The position numbers were made by a program, and so were the translations under genes. The notes beneath the pieces were generated by a model that did no database searches, had not been told where the DNA came from, and saw only the letters and a program-made list of their open reading frames with translations. From a virus (lineage: Duplodnaviria > Heunggongvirae > Uroviricota > Caudoviricetes): DNA of 64,000 nt. Every line of letters begins with the position of its first letter. Within the stretch, counting starts at the first letter, position 1. The stretch lies in IMG/VR virus record IMGVR_UViG_3300037261_000110; one strand, given 5' to 3'. This document shows positions 36,377 through 45,322 of the stretch, in pieces.

Positions 36377-36573
36377 CGCTGAATCTCTATGGCTCGTGCC
36401 CTACCTGCGGCGCTCAAGGCGAATATCGCGAGAGGCGCCCAAATGGCAACGATAAGTGCGTCAACGGGCACACCTACCCGTCGTCGAAAGCCATCGGGGC
36501 GCCAAAAAAGCCTAGCCAACCGAATCTTGGCAGGCTTGCTAAGTCTCCATGGTGGAAACGTCAACATACCTGA
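36373..36573 (+). CDS. Zn-ribbon small protein, possibly the N-terminal part of a frameshifted gene
   Basis: CPTCGAQGEY...CVNGH. Confidence 0.4.
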   Translation: MTLNLYGSCPTCGAQGEYRERRPNGNDKCVNGHTYPSSKAIGAPKKPSQPNLGRLAKSPWWKRQHT

Positions 36574-36952
36574 GCTGCGTTTGTCGTCGGGGTTCGCAAA
36601 TGAATCTCGAATTGATTTATGGTCGATAGACCCGTCACCGGCAACCGGCAATGTCGCGACGGCTTACGAAATAAAGATCAGCCGTGACGATTGGAAAAGG
36701 GACAATGCGATCAAGCAGCGCGGGGCTCGACTGTTTGCCGATCGCTTCTACTATGTGACGCCGCCGGGCTTGCTGAAGCCGGAAGAGATTCCGGATTGGG
36801 CAGGACTGATCGAAGTTGATCCAGACGAGAAAGACGCCTGGGATAATTTGGTTCGGTGCAAAACAATTGTCACCGCGCCAAAGTTGGACAAAGCACACCC
36901 GACTTGGGGTTTGGTCGTTTCCATGCTCCGTCGTGTGCCAATGGAAGTGTAA
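36443..36952 (+). CDS. Putative PD-(D/E)XK-type nuclease domain protein; possibly joined to 36373..36573 by a frameshift
   Basis: IDLWSID ... AYEIKISRDDWKRD. Confidence 0.4.
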   Translation: MATISASTGTPTRRRKPSGRQKSLANRILAGLLSLHGGNVNIPELRLSSGFANESRIDLWSIDPSPATGNVATAYEIKISRDDWKRDNAIKQRGARLFADRFYYVTPPGLLKPEEIPDWAGLIEVDPDEKDAWDNLVRCKTIVTAPKLDKAHPTWGLVVSMLRRVPMEV

Positions 36953-36957
36953 AGCAA

Positions 36958-37185
36958 ATGTTGTGGATGATGCTTGTCTTGTTCGTAGGCTCTTCGACGG
37001 TTGTTCCGTATGAAGTGCCATTCAGGTACAACAGTTATCAGGATTGTGCTGACGCAGCTTTGTGGATTAGTGGGCAGGCAGTCCGTTACATTGGTGAAAT
37101 CTACTGCGTTCCAGATCATCCGGCGAAGTTTCCGCAAGACATGAAACCATTGAAACCATATCAGTATCAGTATGTCCCTCGTTGA
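36958..37185 (+). CDS. Small secreted protein (signal peptide)
   Basis: MLWMMLVLFVGSSTVVP. Confidence 0.45.
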   Translation: MLWMMLVLFVGSSTVVPYEVPFRYNSYQDCADAALWISGQAVRYIGEIYCVPDHPAKFPQDMKPLKPYQYQYVPR

Positions 37186-37405
37186 GCCTTTCACGAAAGA
37201 CGAAGAGATTGATCGTCTTCACCAAGTAATTGATGCCCGTCTGTTTGGCACGCGCGTTGGAGCTGTGCGCGAGCTACAGTATAAGGTTAAGGTATTCGCA
37301 GAGTGCTTCGATATTCTCGATACGCTGCCGCTGGATGCCGAAGCACGTATAGTGATCGAAGTTTGTAAAGACAGGCTAGGAGTGAAAAATGGCAACGGGC
37401 ATTGA
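37172..37405 (+). CDS. Hypothetical protein
   Basis: 77-aa ORF. Confidence 0.4.
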   Translation: MSLVEPFTKDEEIDRLHQVIDARLFGTRVGAVRELQYKVKVFAECFDILDTLPLDAEARIVIEVCKDRLGVKNGNGH

Positions 37406-37724
37406 TTTTCCTGAAGCGAACTTTACTTATGGTCCGCCGGCAGGGATGACCGAAGATCAAGTGAAGTCGTTGCGCGTTTTTACCGGTCCTACCCATTCGG
37501 AGGATCGGTTAGACCGTGAAGTCATCTCGAAGTGGCAGCTCACCCCGGAAGAGCTTGCAGAGATAGCCCGCACTGGTGTCGTTTGGCTTTACATCATCGG
37601 CGATGGTCATCCGCCAGTCTATGTCACCGGTACATCACCGTTCGCGTCTGTCACTAAGACCGAAGAGAAGGCTGCGCAGACGTGGTGGGAGTGGTTATCT
37701 GGTTGCGATACGAAGTACGTCTAA
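37389..37724 (+). CDS. Hypothetical protein
   Basis: 111-aa ORF. Confidence 0.45.
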   Translation: MATGIDFPEANFTYGPPAGMTEDQVKSLRVFTGPTHSEDRLDREVISKWQLTPEELAEIARTGVVWLYIIGDGHPPVYVTGTSPFASVTKTEEKAAQTWWEWLSGCDTKYV

Positions 37725-37990
37725 TGCCGCCACTCAAGCCGGGTCATTATTGCTACTTGGCTCGCTGTGCGACAGATACGTGCGCAAATGATCGGTATGG
37801 ACCATTCGACAGCTCCGACGAGATGTTCGCTTGGTTCAAAGAGCATAATATAGAATACCGTCCAGGTGCGCCTTATTTCGGCCGTGCGCCACTTTTCTTC
37901 GAGGAAATGTCGGATGGCGAAGCTGATCATCCGTGGGCAACCGGAGCTTACTACCTATACCCAGCTTTAGCTAAGGCGTTTGAAAAATGA
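37724..37990 (+). CDS. Hypothetical Cys-containing protein
   Basis: TAATG overlap with the upstream stop. Confidence 0.4.
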   Translation: MPPLKPGHYCYLARCATDTCANDRYGPFDSSDEMFAWFKEHNIEYRPGAPYFGRAPLFFEEMSDGEADHPWATGAYYLYPALAKAFEK

Positions 37991-38244
37991 TCGAACTCAA
38001 AGTCATGTACTATCCGAACGGTGAGCGTCATCGCGCCAAAGAGATAGGCTATCTGCAAATCTCCAATATTTCTGATTTGGAGGATGTCTCGGACTATGAA
38101 TATACTTTGCACAGCGCAACTTCTCCGATGACGTGGCGCGGGCCTGAAACTCACCACGGCATCTGGCGTGGACACAATCGCAAGCATGAAAGCATCTGGT
38201 CTCTCGTGCGCAAAATCCTAGAGCAGAACAAGGACTGGCTGTGA
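37987..38244 (+). CDS. Hypothetical protein
   Basis: ATGA overlap with the upstream stop. Confidence 0.45.
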   Translation: MIELKVMYYPNGERHRAKEIGYLQISNISDLEDVSDYEYTLHSATSPMTWRGPETHHGIWRGHNRKHESIWSLVRKILEQNKDWL

Positions 38245-38317
38245 TTTACCTCCTCGCAGCTGTCGTCTTTGGCGTCATTGTTCTTTGCACTTACGTAGTT
38301 CTGAAAGGGTAACGATT

Positions 38318-39319
38318 ATGAGCTGGTACGTTTTTGATCTTGATGGCACGTTAGCCGACAACGCACATCGGCAAAATCTGCTTCCAGATAATTGGGATGC
38401 TTTCTTTGAGGCGTGCGATAAAGACACGCCGATTTGGCCTGTCCTCGATCTGATGACGAACCTATGGTCGGACGGACACCGTATCGAAATTTGGTCAGGT
38501 CGTGCCGCTGCGGTACGTGACAAGACCGTTCGTTGGTTCGAGGATCAGTGTGGCATCTTTCTCGACTTGTCCAAGATCGTGTTGCGCATGCGCATGGAGA
38601 GCGACTATCGTCCGGACGAAATCATAAAGGCTGAGTGGTTGGCGGAGTCACCTGCAAAACCAGATATCATTTTTGACGATCGCCAAAAAGTCGTTGACAT
38701 GTGGAGAAAATCTGGTGTCGTCTGCGCCCAGGTCGCGCCCGGCGATTATGACATGAAGATTCGTCCGTCGAGCAGTGTCGCGACCGGCGAGGATCACATC
38801 CTGGTCCTCATGATCGGACCTTCCGGAACCGGTAAGTCCAGCTGGATCAAGCATGGTATGGAGATTTGGGAAAAGAATGATCCCGACGACTATGATCCTA
38901 CCTGTGTGATTTCGACCGATTTCATCCGCGCAAATCTGACGAACGATTATAAGAATCAGAAGCGCAATGGGGATGTTTTCAAGGCGGTCGAAGCCTTGGT
39001 TCGAACGCGCATGAGCTGCGGACTGCGCACGATCGTGGACGCCACTCACCTGGACCCGGCATGGCGCAAAAAACTTGTCTCGCTTGTTCCGCCGGGCATG
39101 AAGGTGATGTATTGTGTTGTCAACGCAAGCCTCGCCGTCAAGCTCGCGCACGCAAACGGACGCGAACCAGATGTGATCATAAGCCAGCATCATACCTTCA
39201 ATCACCAACTTTCGGACATTCTCGCGGGCGATGGCTTGCCCAATGTGATCGTCCAGGCAGATATTCACAATGATGACGGCTCCTCAATCATTATCGATCC
39301 CTACGAGAATGATCAGTGA
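38318..39319 (+). CDS. pnk: Polynucleotide kinase/phosphatase with an N-terminal HAD phosphatase and a C-terminal P-loop kinase
   Basis: HAD motif VFDLDGTLADN and Walker A GPSGTGKSS. Confidence 0.75.
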   Translation: MSWYVFDLDGTLADNAHRQNLLPDNWDAFFEACDKDTPIWPVLDLMTNLWSDGHRIEIWSGRAAAVRDKTVRWFEDQCGIFLDLSKIVLRMRMESDYRPDEIIKAEWLAESPAKPDIIFDDRQKVVDMWRKSGVVCAQVAPGDYDMKIRPSSSVATGEDHILVLMIGPSGTGKSSWIKHGMEIWEKNDPDDYDPTCVISTDFIRANLTNDYKNQKRNGDVFKAVEALVRTRMSCGLRTIVDATHLDPAWRKKLVSLVPPGMKVMYCVVNASLAVKLAHANGREPDVIISQHHTFNHQLSDILAGDGLPNVIVQADIHNDDGSSIIIDPYENDQ

Positions 39320-39783
39320 CTGAAACAACCGTAAAGCGTCGTGAGTACATACAGAAATGGCGGCGCGAACATAAAGAGCATATACTAGAAGTCCAGCGAA
39401 GATGGCGTGAAAGTCCAGGAGTTCGCGAACGAATCCGTGCTTCAGGGCGAAGAAGTCATGAAAAGTATCGAGATGAAAGAAATAAACGTCAGCACGCTCG
39501 TCGACAGCATCCAGATTACAATCAGATGTTTGAACAACAAAATGGATTATGTGCTATTTGTAAGAAACCTGAAACAAGCATAGATAGTCGCTCTGGTAAG
39601 CCCAAACAGCTGGCTCTTGATCATGACCATATCACAGGAAAAATCCGTGGCTTGCTCTGTCAGAAGCATAATATAGGCTTAGGTTGTTTTGACGATGATC
39701 CTGTGCTTATGGAAGACGCCGCCAGCTACGTTCAAGAGCATCGTGATCTACAACGATTCGAGAGTATGCTAAATGTCACCTGA
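39316..39783 (+). CDS. Endonuclease VII-family nuclease, copy 2
   Basis: CAICKKPE...LDHDHITGKIRGLLCQKHNIGLGCF; AT-richer than neighbours. Confidence 0.7.
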   Translation: MTETTVKRREYIQKWRREHKEHILEVQRRWRESPGVRERIRASGRRSHEKYRDERNKRQHARRQHPDYNQMFEQQNGLCAICKKPETSIDSRSGKPKQLALDHDHITGKIRGLLCQKHNIGLGCFDDDPVLMEDAASYVQEHRDLQRFESMLNVT

Positions 39784-40057
39784 TTCACTAGATTTTCAAA
39801 TGGGCATCTCAATTGGCAGACTAATTGAGCGATGCGAGCGCAAGCAAAGATTCGATATGGTCGTCGAAAAGGTGATCGTCGAGCATGCCCGCAAGGTGTG
39901 TCTCGAACACAAGTTCATCCTAATGGAAACCCATTACGCTGACACGCGTTCGCGTATTTGGGGTGCCCCTTCACATCTCCCGAAAGAGCCGACGCCTCAG
40001 CCTCCCGGCACGCCAATGCTAAAGCGTATGATGGCTGGTATGGGACGCGCCGCATAA
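39773..40057 (+). CDS. Hypothetical protein
   Basis: 94-aa ORF. Confidence 0.4.
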   Translation: MSPDSLDFQMGISIGRLIERCERKQRFDMVVEKVIVEHARKVCLEHKFILMETHYADTRSRIWGAPSHLPKEPTPQPPGTPMLKRMMAGMGRAA

Positions 40058-40911
40058 TGTCGATAGTAGCTTACTCAGCCGGGCTCGTTATCACGGATGG
40101 ACGCATAACCGTTGACGATTATATTGCGTCCGATTCGTGGGTAAAATTCCAAGAGCTGAAAAATGGCAATGGGTATATCGCGTTTACCGGCGATCTCTCC
40201 GCTTTTCAACCCATGAAGGAATGGGTAGAGGCAGGTGCCGATAATCAGGAGTGGCGTCCTAAAATAGAAGCGACGGTTATTGTGTTCGATTCCAATGGAA
40301 CGATCCGCGAGTTTGAAGATGATGGGCTTATAATTACCGAAGCGCATTACACACGTGTATGGGGCTCAGGAGCGCCGTACGCGTCAGCAGCGATGTGTGC
40401 CGGCGCTTCCCTACTGGAAGCGGTTAAGGTCGCGATCAAGTGCTGTTCGAGCTGCGGCGGCCTTATACAGACCTACGATTACCCATCTGCCTGGGTTCGC
40501 CGGATTTGCCTCCCGCGATTAAACCGGGTAGTTTTCCTTCTTCAGACGATCGCGAACTTCCTGCATCGGCGGGAACGGAATCGTGCTTGTGCGGACTCTC
40601 GTATTCGTTGTTACGACGATATCCACACCGAAGTATTTCTTCACCTTCTTCTCGAAGGCTGGATAAGGTCTGGCGCGGCGCGTTGCGCCAACGCCGGCAG
40701 TGCTCATGGCTCGACGGTAATGCTGGTAGACCAGATCGGCGTCATGCTCAGCGCCTTCATCGTCGGAAATGAAGAACGGCTCAAGATCGTCATCCTTGAC
40801 TCCGGTACGAGAACCGTTTGCACGGATCAAGTCCAGAAAGAACTCGTCTTCCGGAGGAGTCGATTGGATGACCTGTTCCTTGAGCCACTTAGTGTTCGGC
40901 GGAAAGCGTAG
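40057..40911 (+). CDS. HslV-like (proteasome beta-type, Ntn-hydrolase) peptidase. The 3' end is uncertain and the protein probably terminates near 40520-40600
   Basis: MSIVAYSAGLVITDGRIT (Thr/Ser nucleophile after Met1) and VWGSGAPYASAAMCA (HslV GSGGxYAxAA). The open frame continues only because it is antisense to the primase gene. Confidence 0.55.
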   Translation: MSIVAYSAGLVITDGRITVDDYIASDSWVKFQELKNGNGYIAFTGDLSAFQPMKEWVEAGADNQEWRPKIEATVIVFDSNGTIREFEDDGLIITEAHYTRVWGSGAPYASAAMCAGASLLEAVKVAIKCCSSCGGLIQTYDYPSAWVRRICLPRLNRVVFLLQTIANFLHRRERNRACADSRIRCYDDIHTEVFLHLLLEGWIRSGAARCANAGSAHGSTVMLVDQIGVMLSAFIVGNEERLKIVILDSGTRTVCTDQVQKELVFRRSRLDDLFLEPLSVRRKA

Positions 40912-43338
40912 AACGTTCCAATCATCTACTTCGGTATTGAGCATGTCGTAAAGGAACGCGGCTTGTACGTCCGGATCAGCCACGGCTTCGGCGAGCTTGA
41001 CAAAATACTCCTTATCACCAACCTTTTCCTCAGACGGGCTTATAATGAAGAAGCGGCGCTCGTCATAAGTTGCCGGAACAACCCATTCTTCATTCGAGAG
41101 GAAAGCGACGCGAGTATAATTGCTGCCCTGGAATGGCATCATGCCCTTGAACTCGTAGGTGATGTTCTCGCCCGTCAATAGGTGCTTTAGAACTCCTTCA
41201 CCTGCCATGTCACCCGCCCACACTGCTTCTTCGAGGCAAACATAGAGCTTGCCGAATAGATGCGCATTGAACTGTCCAACGATCTGCGTGCGATTGGCGA
41301 TCGTTTGTGCATATTGTTGGAGTAGCTTGTTCAGGAATACGTCGAAGATAAGCGACTTGCCGGTTCCCTTCTTGCCGCGCACAACTATAGCCGCGCCAGT
41401 CTTCTCGCCTGGACGTTGAAAGATGTGTGCAATCAAAGTCATCAAATACTGAAAATTTGCATCGTCGCCACGGCAGATGATGTCTTTGATGTGATTGCGG
41501 ACCAATGACCAATCGCCTTCTTCTGGTTCTAGGTTAAACCCACGCCAATGATTAAAGACGCGACCGCGTACGATGTTTGGCGGCGGTTCGAAGATCAGTC
41601 CTGCATCATAAGTTTTGCGACCATCCCATTCCATGAAGCATTTCCCGATGTTGAATTTTTTCATTTGCATGCCGGTGCCACTCGGCTGCATGACACCAAC
41701 GTTTTCGTTGCAGCGGAGCTGCTTGTAGGTTTCGACTGACATGATGTCATACGGATCGTTCGGATAGGTGGTTTTTTCATTGGCTTTCAGTACGGAAAGA
41801 TCACCCTTGATCAGGACCACGGAAAATCTTTCGGTTTCTCTTTCGAGCCGATGAAGAACTACCTCCGGAAAGTCGCCGATCTTGTCGTCTTCTTTTTTGA
41901 CTGGCGTTGCTTCCGCCTTCTGGTAGTCGGCTATCGTCTTTTTGATGACGCCGGCTTTCGCGCCTTTCGTCTTATTGTACGTGAGCGTAGCGATTTCATC
42001 AAGTTGGATCGCAGTAGGAAAAGTCTTGGCAACGGCTTTAGCGAAAGCATCGGTGTTTGTTCCGTGGATTTTGTTGTCGTCGTTTTTCAGCCAGTCGATG
42101 ACTTCGGCGGCGGACGCAAATGTCGTCTTGTTGGCTTCGGCGTCCTCTTCGTCGGCGATCTCCGCGACGAACGGCATTAGGTCTTCGACCGTGAAATTGG
42201 CTTCTTGGCAGATCAGGTCGAGTAGGTCGACGCGATCCAGCTCCGCGCATGAGTCGTGCATGCACTTGAGAATGAAGTGATGGCTGGTCGGGTCTGTGCT
42301 CGCGAAGAAACCCATGTCATCGACGTTGCCGGCGTCGCTGTGCGCGTCGTCATTGGGACAGGCGACCGTGACCTTCTGTCCATCATCCTTGCGCACGTCG
42401 AACAGGCTGCGACACATTTCGGCGGCGTCAAAGTGAGTGCTGTGCTTCGCGACGAAGCGCATGAGCCCTTCGGTTTTATGATCCTTGCGTGCTTCTTCAC
42501 CTTCTTCGATCCATGGGTTGTCTGTCTCAAAACCCTTGGGATCGATACCCTTGATTTCTTCGATATCGAGTGCTTCGCCGGTGGTGACGCGGAAAACAAA
42601 GTCGTCGCGTCCCTTGGGATGGCGCGGGGTGTACATCAGGCGGGACGGATCGGAGCACGCGCGATCGGCGGTCGCGTTCAAAAGCCTCGCCACGCCAAAA
42701 TACTTTGACTTCCACTCCTCGATAGCCTTTTTCTGGCTACCGCCGCGCTCGGCGATCACAAACGGTTTGGATAGGACCAGGATGACGCGCAGCTTCGGCA
42801 TCGGCGCGTGCTCGATTATGAGCTGGATGCCGTCATTGTCCTGAATTGTCGATGCGATATGCATCGTTTTCAGGATACTAGGGTTGACGCGTTTGATTTC
42901 GCGCATGTAGCCGATGACCTGATCATCAGTCAGCTCGGAGTCGCTCTTCGCCCAGGTCAGAACCTTGTCCTTCTTGATTTTGGTTTGGGTTCCATTGTGC
43001 GAATAGGTTGTGTGAATGATTGCGAACAGTCCAAGCTCTTCGCATTTTTTCTCTATGCGTTCGATCGAATCGCCGGTGTCGATGTCGAGAATGACAAGAG
43101 AGAGCTGATCGACGGCGGTCGATTTTCTGTCGCTTACGTTGCGCTGTCCGGAAGGCAAAACTGTGCCCTGCAAGATGGACATGCCATCCTTTTGGCCTTC
43201 TTCATGGTGCGAGAGAAATTCGACGAGCTGGCGTACAGTCGAAGTGTGGGCAGGCCACTTGAATGCACGAGCTTCCTTGGCTGACGCGATCGAAACAGTC
43301 TGGTCGAGAATTGGGCAATCTTCAAGTTCGTCTGACAT
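40519..43338 (-). CDS. Primase-helicase with an N-terminal AEP/PrimPol-like domain and a C-terminal D5/P4-type SF3 helicase domain
   Basis: LVILDIDTGD (DxD motif) and Walker A VVRGKKGTGKSL; 939 aa. Confidence 0.7.
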   Translation of the reverse strand: MSDELEDCPILDQTVSIASAKEARAFKWPAHTSTVRQLVEFLSHHEEGQKDGMSILQGTVLPSGQRNVSDRKSTAVDQLSLVILDIDTGDSIERIEKKCEELGLFAIIHTTYSHNGTQTKIKKDKVLTWAKSDSELTDDQVIGYMREIKRVNPSILKTMHIASTIQDNDGIQLIIEHAPMPKLRVILVLSKPFVIAERGGSQKKAIEEWKSKYFGVARLLNATADRACSDPSRLMYTPRHPKGRDDFVFRVTTGEALDIEEIKGIDPKGFETDNPWIEEGEEARKDHKTEGLMRFVAKHSTHFDAAEMCRSLFDVRKDDGQKVTVACPNDDAHSDAGNVDDMGFFASTDPTSHHFILKCMHDSCAELDRVDLLDLICQEANFTVEDLMPFVAEIADEEDAEANKTTFASAAEVIDWLKNDDNKIHGTNTDAFAKAVAKTFPTAIQLDEIATLTYNKTKGAKAGVIKKTIADYQKAEATPVKKEDDKIGDFPEVVLHRLERETERFSVVLIKGDLSVLKANEKTTYPNDPYDIMSVETYKQLRCNENVGVMQPSGTGMQMKKFNIGKCFMEWDGRKTYDAGLIFEPPPNIVRGRVFNHWRGFNLEPEEGDWSLVRNHIKDIICRGDDANFQYLMTLIAHIFQRPGEKTGAAIVVRGKKGTGKSLIFDVFLNKLLQQYAQTIANRTQIVGQFNAHLFGKLYVCLEEAVWAGDMAGEGVLKHLLTGENITYEFKGMMPFQGSNYTRVAFLSNEEWVVPATYDERRFFIISPSEEKVGDKEYFVKLAEAVADPDVQAAFLYDMLNTEVDDWNVLRFPPNTKWLKEQVIQSTPPEDEFFLDLIRANGSRTGVKDDDLEPFFISDDEGAEHDADLVYQHYRRAMSTAGVGATRRARPYPAFEKKVKKYFGVDIVVTTNTRVRTSTIPFPPMQEVRDRLKKENYPV

Positions 43339-43665
43339 GGTATATCCTCAAGAGGTAGTGAACGATAACGTGTCCTCCGGAGGCTTACGCGCGGTTGACG
43401 CCATCAATTCCTGTTGGTGTGAACTTGCCTTGATAGCATGATAACTTGAAATAAGCAAAGGTTTTATTAGTGACCCTAAGCTTGACACAAGTTGTTGTGG
43501 TTCACTGGAAGGCAAGCCACAGGAAAAAGAGAAACAGAGGAATGAGTAACACCAAAAATAAAGCTAGTCGTCGACCAGCTGCTTGCCTGTTGTCCGAAAT
43601 ATGTGGTACTTTTCGGTCAACGTATTTCTCTGTCACAATAGGGCCGATATAAGGCGGTTCTGTCG

Positions 43666-44256
43666 TCATCCCAAATTCCTCACTAACTTCGTAACACCTT
43701 TTGACGGTTCAATGTAGTGTTGTGTCGTCTCAATGCTCGCGTGTCCCGCGAGTTCTTGAACGTCTCGAAGCGAGCACTTGTACATGTTCACCGACCGCGC
43801 CAGAGCCGTGATCATAGAACGGCGTCCAGAGTGGCTGGAAGCCCCCTGGAAGCCAGCGCTGCGGTAGAGCTGCCAGAGATAGACCGCGATGTGGTTAGGC
43901 GTCATGGCGCCCCCCTTGACGGCGCGGATGACCCTGGTCTCCAAATAGGTAATTTTCTTACCTTGACTCAGTTCGCGGAGTGCCTGATAAAGTTCAGCAT
44001 GGATCGGAATTTGCCGTCGTTTGTCACCCTTTCCGATCACATCAAAATAGTCGGTATGGAGGCGTCCCTGTGCGTCGCACAAATTGGACCAGTCCAAATC
44101 TGCAACCTCGGATGCTCGCAAGCCGGCCCTATATGTCAGGAGAATCATCACTTTATCCCGCAGGGGATGACGCTCGTTCGCGGCAAATTTTAGAAGCTCT
44201 CGAAGTTGAGGCTCCGTCAGGATTTGCGCCTGTTTCCGCCGACGCCGTAAACGCAC
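43666..44256 (-). CDS. Minimal tyrosine recombinase (catalytic domain only, 196 aa)
   Basis: Catalytic residues R (YRAGLRASE), K (GKGDKRR), HxxR (HSGRR) and H...Y (GHASIETTQHY). Confidence 0.75.
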   Translation of the reverse strand: MRLRRRRKQAQILTEPQLRELLKFAANERHPLRDKVMILLTYRAGLRASEVADLDWSNLCDAQGRLHTDYFDVIGKGDKRRQIPIHAELYQALRELSQGKKITYLETRVIRAVKGGAMTPNHIAVYLWQLYRSAGFQGASSHSGRRSMITALARSVNMYKCSLRDVQELAGHASIETTQHYIEPSKGVTKLVRNLG

Positions 44257-44268
44257 TGAAACTCCTTC

Positions 44269-44703
44269 TCAATTGAGCCAGTGGTGCTCAACTTTTTTGC
44301 CACCGGCTTCGTATTTATCTTTGATCCTCAGATAGTGATAATAGTGCAGGTGGTAGTGATAGTCAAATCGACGCTCGTCGTCCTTCGATTTTGACTCTCG
44401 CATCAGCTGAAGAAACACGACGGCGCGAAGGCGCGCAATGAATCCGTAAGCCAGTAGCCGAGAGTTGATTTCCCATTCGTACGCACGGTCGAAGTCGACA
44501 CTCGCGAAAAAACCTTGCGCGCGAATCTCGTCGAGTTCCGACAGCACGAAGTTCCATTTGTGTTGATTCGAAAGCCCTTGGTCATCCTTTTCCTCTTGAA
44601 GGATGATTTCACGGGCAAGGCTGAGTGCCTTCTGCGCGTTCTGCGCGGCTACGTTGCTAACAGCCTTTTGCGGTGTTACGTCTTCTAGGATGCGACCTGT
44701 CAT
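44269..44703 (-). CDS. Hypothetical protein
   Basis: 144-aa ORF. Confidence 0.5.
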   Translation of the reverse strand: MTGRILEDVTPQKAVSNVAAQNAQKALSLAREIILQEEKDDQGLSNQHKWNFVLSELDEIRAQGFFASVDFDRAYEWEINSRLLAYGFIARLRAVVFLQLMRESKSKDDERRFDYHYHLHYYHYLRIKDKYEAGGKKVEHHWLN

Positions 44704-44709
44704 ATGACA

Positions 44710-45051
44710 TTACAGCGTCACCGGATCGAAATCATGCCGCGTGCCATCAACCGTGATCGACACTAACGTGTCCAGGTTGATTGACCGAATCGCTTTTGGT
44801 TCGCCTGCTTTGCAGGCACGCACGTCAACGACCGGATATATCTCCGGATGGTTGACGCGGCGGGTTTCAATGCCCTTCTTTGCCGACTCGGACGCCGCTA
44901 CGCCTACTAGGCGGTGTTCGATTGCAGTCGGATGAACATTCATTTTACGCAGCGTGCCGTCCTTCTTGAAGAATTCGACGCTGATGAAATGAGTGCCGGC
45001 GCCTTCTATTAGCGCCTTGGCTCGGGCATGTGTGTCTTCGCGATTCGTCAT
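44710..45051 (-). CDS. Hypothetical protein, DUF2693-like
   Basis: FISVEFFKKDGTLRKMNV. Confidence 0.5.
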   Translation of the reverse strand: MTNREDTHARAKALIEGAGTHFISVEFFKKDGTLRKMNVHPTAIEHRLVGVAASESAKKGIETRRVNHPEIYPVVDVRACKAGEPKAIRSINLDTLVSITVDGTRHDFDPVTL

Positions 45052-45322
45052 GTGACTCCCCTTTTCACTTTTGCTAGACGAAATGTAAGAAAAGGTGGGC
45101 GGGAATCAAGCGATTTGAGTTCTTGTGGTTAACTGCTCCCTGGTTGTTGGCGGGGCGGGTAAATGTGTCGTCCAATTCCATGCACGGGGCAGTTTTTGTT
45201 GAGATAGAAAAGCAGCTTACCGTGCTGGTCGAAGTAGCAAACAGACTGGTCTTTCGTCGTATTAGGACAGATGCAGTCGGCGCCTCCGTTGTTTTGAATG
45301 TCAATCAGAAGATCATCGATGG

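Noticed and set aside
40600-40911. C-terminal 100 or so residues of the HslV-like ORF
   Set aside because: The HslV fold is complete by about residue 175. The continuation is the antisense of the primase coding sequence and is low-complexity (RRERNRACADSRIRC...). It is treated as a non-coding read-through.
43339-43665. Possible invertible-switch inverted repeats or an attP core between the recombinase and primase genes
   Set aside because: Only short (6-8 bp) partial complementarities were found (AAGGCAAG/GTTCAC), nothing like FimB/E-type 9-bp inverted repeats or a tRNA-derived att core. This is left as an open question in the findings, not reported as a feature.
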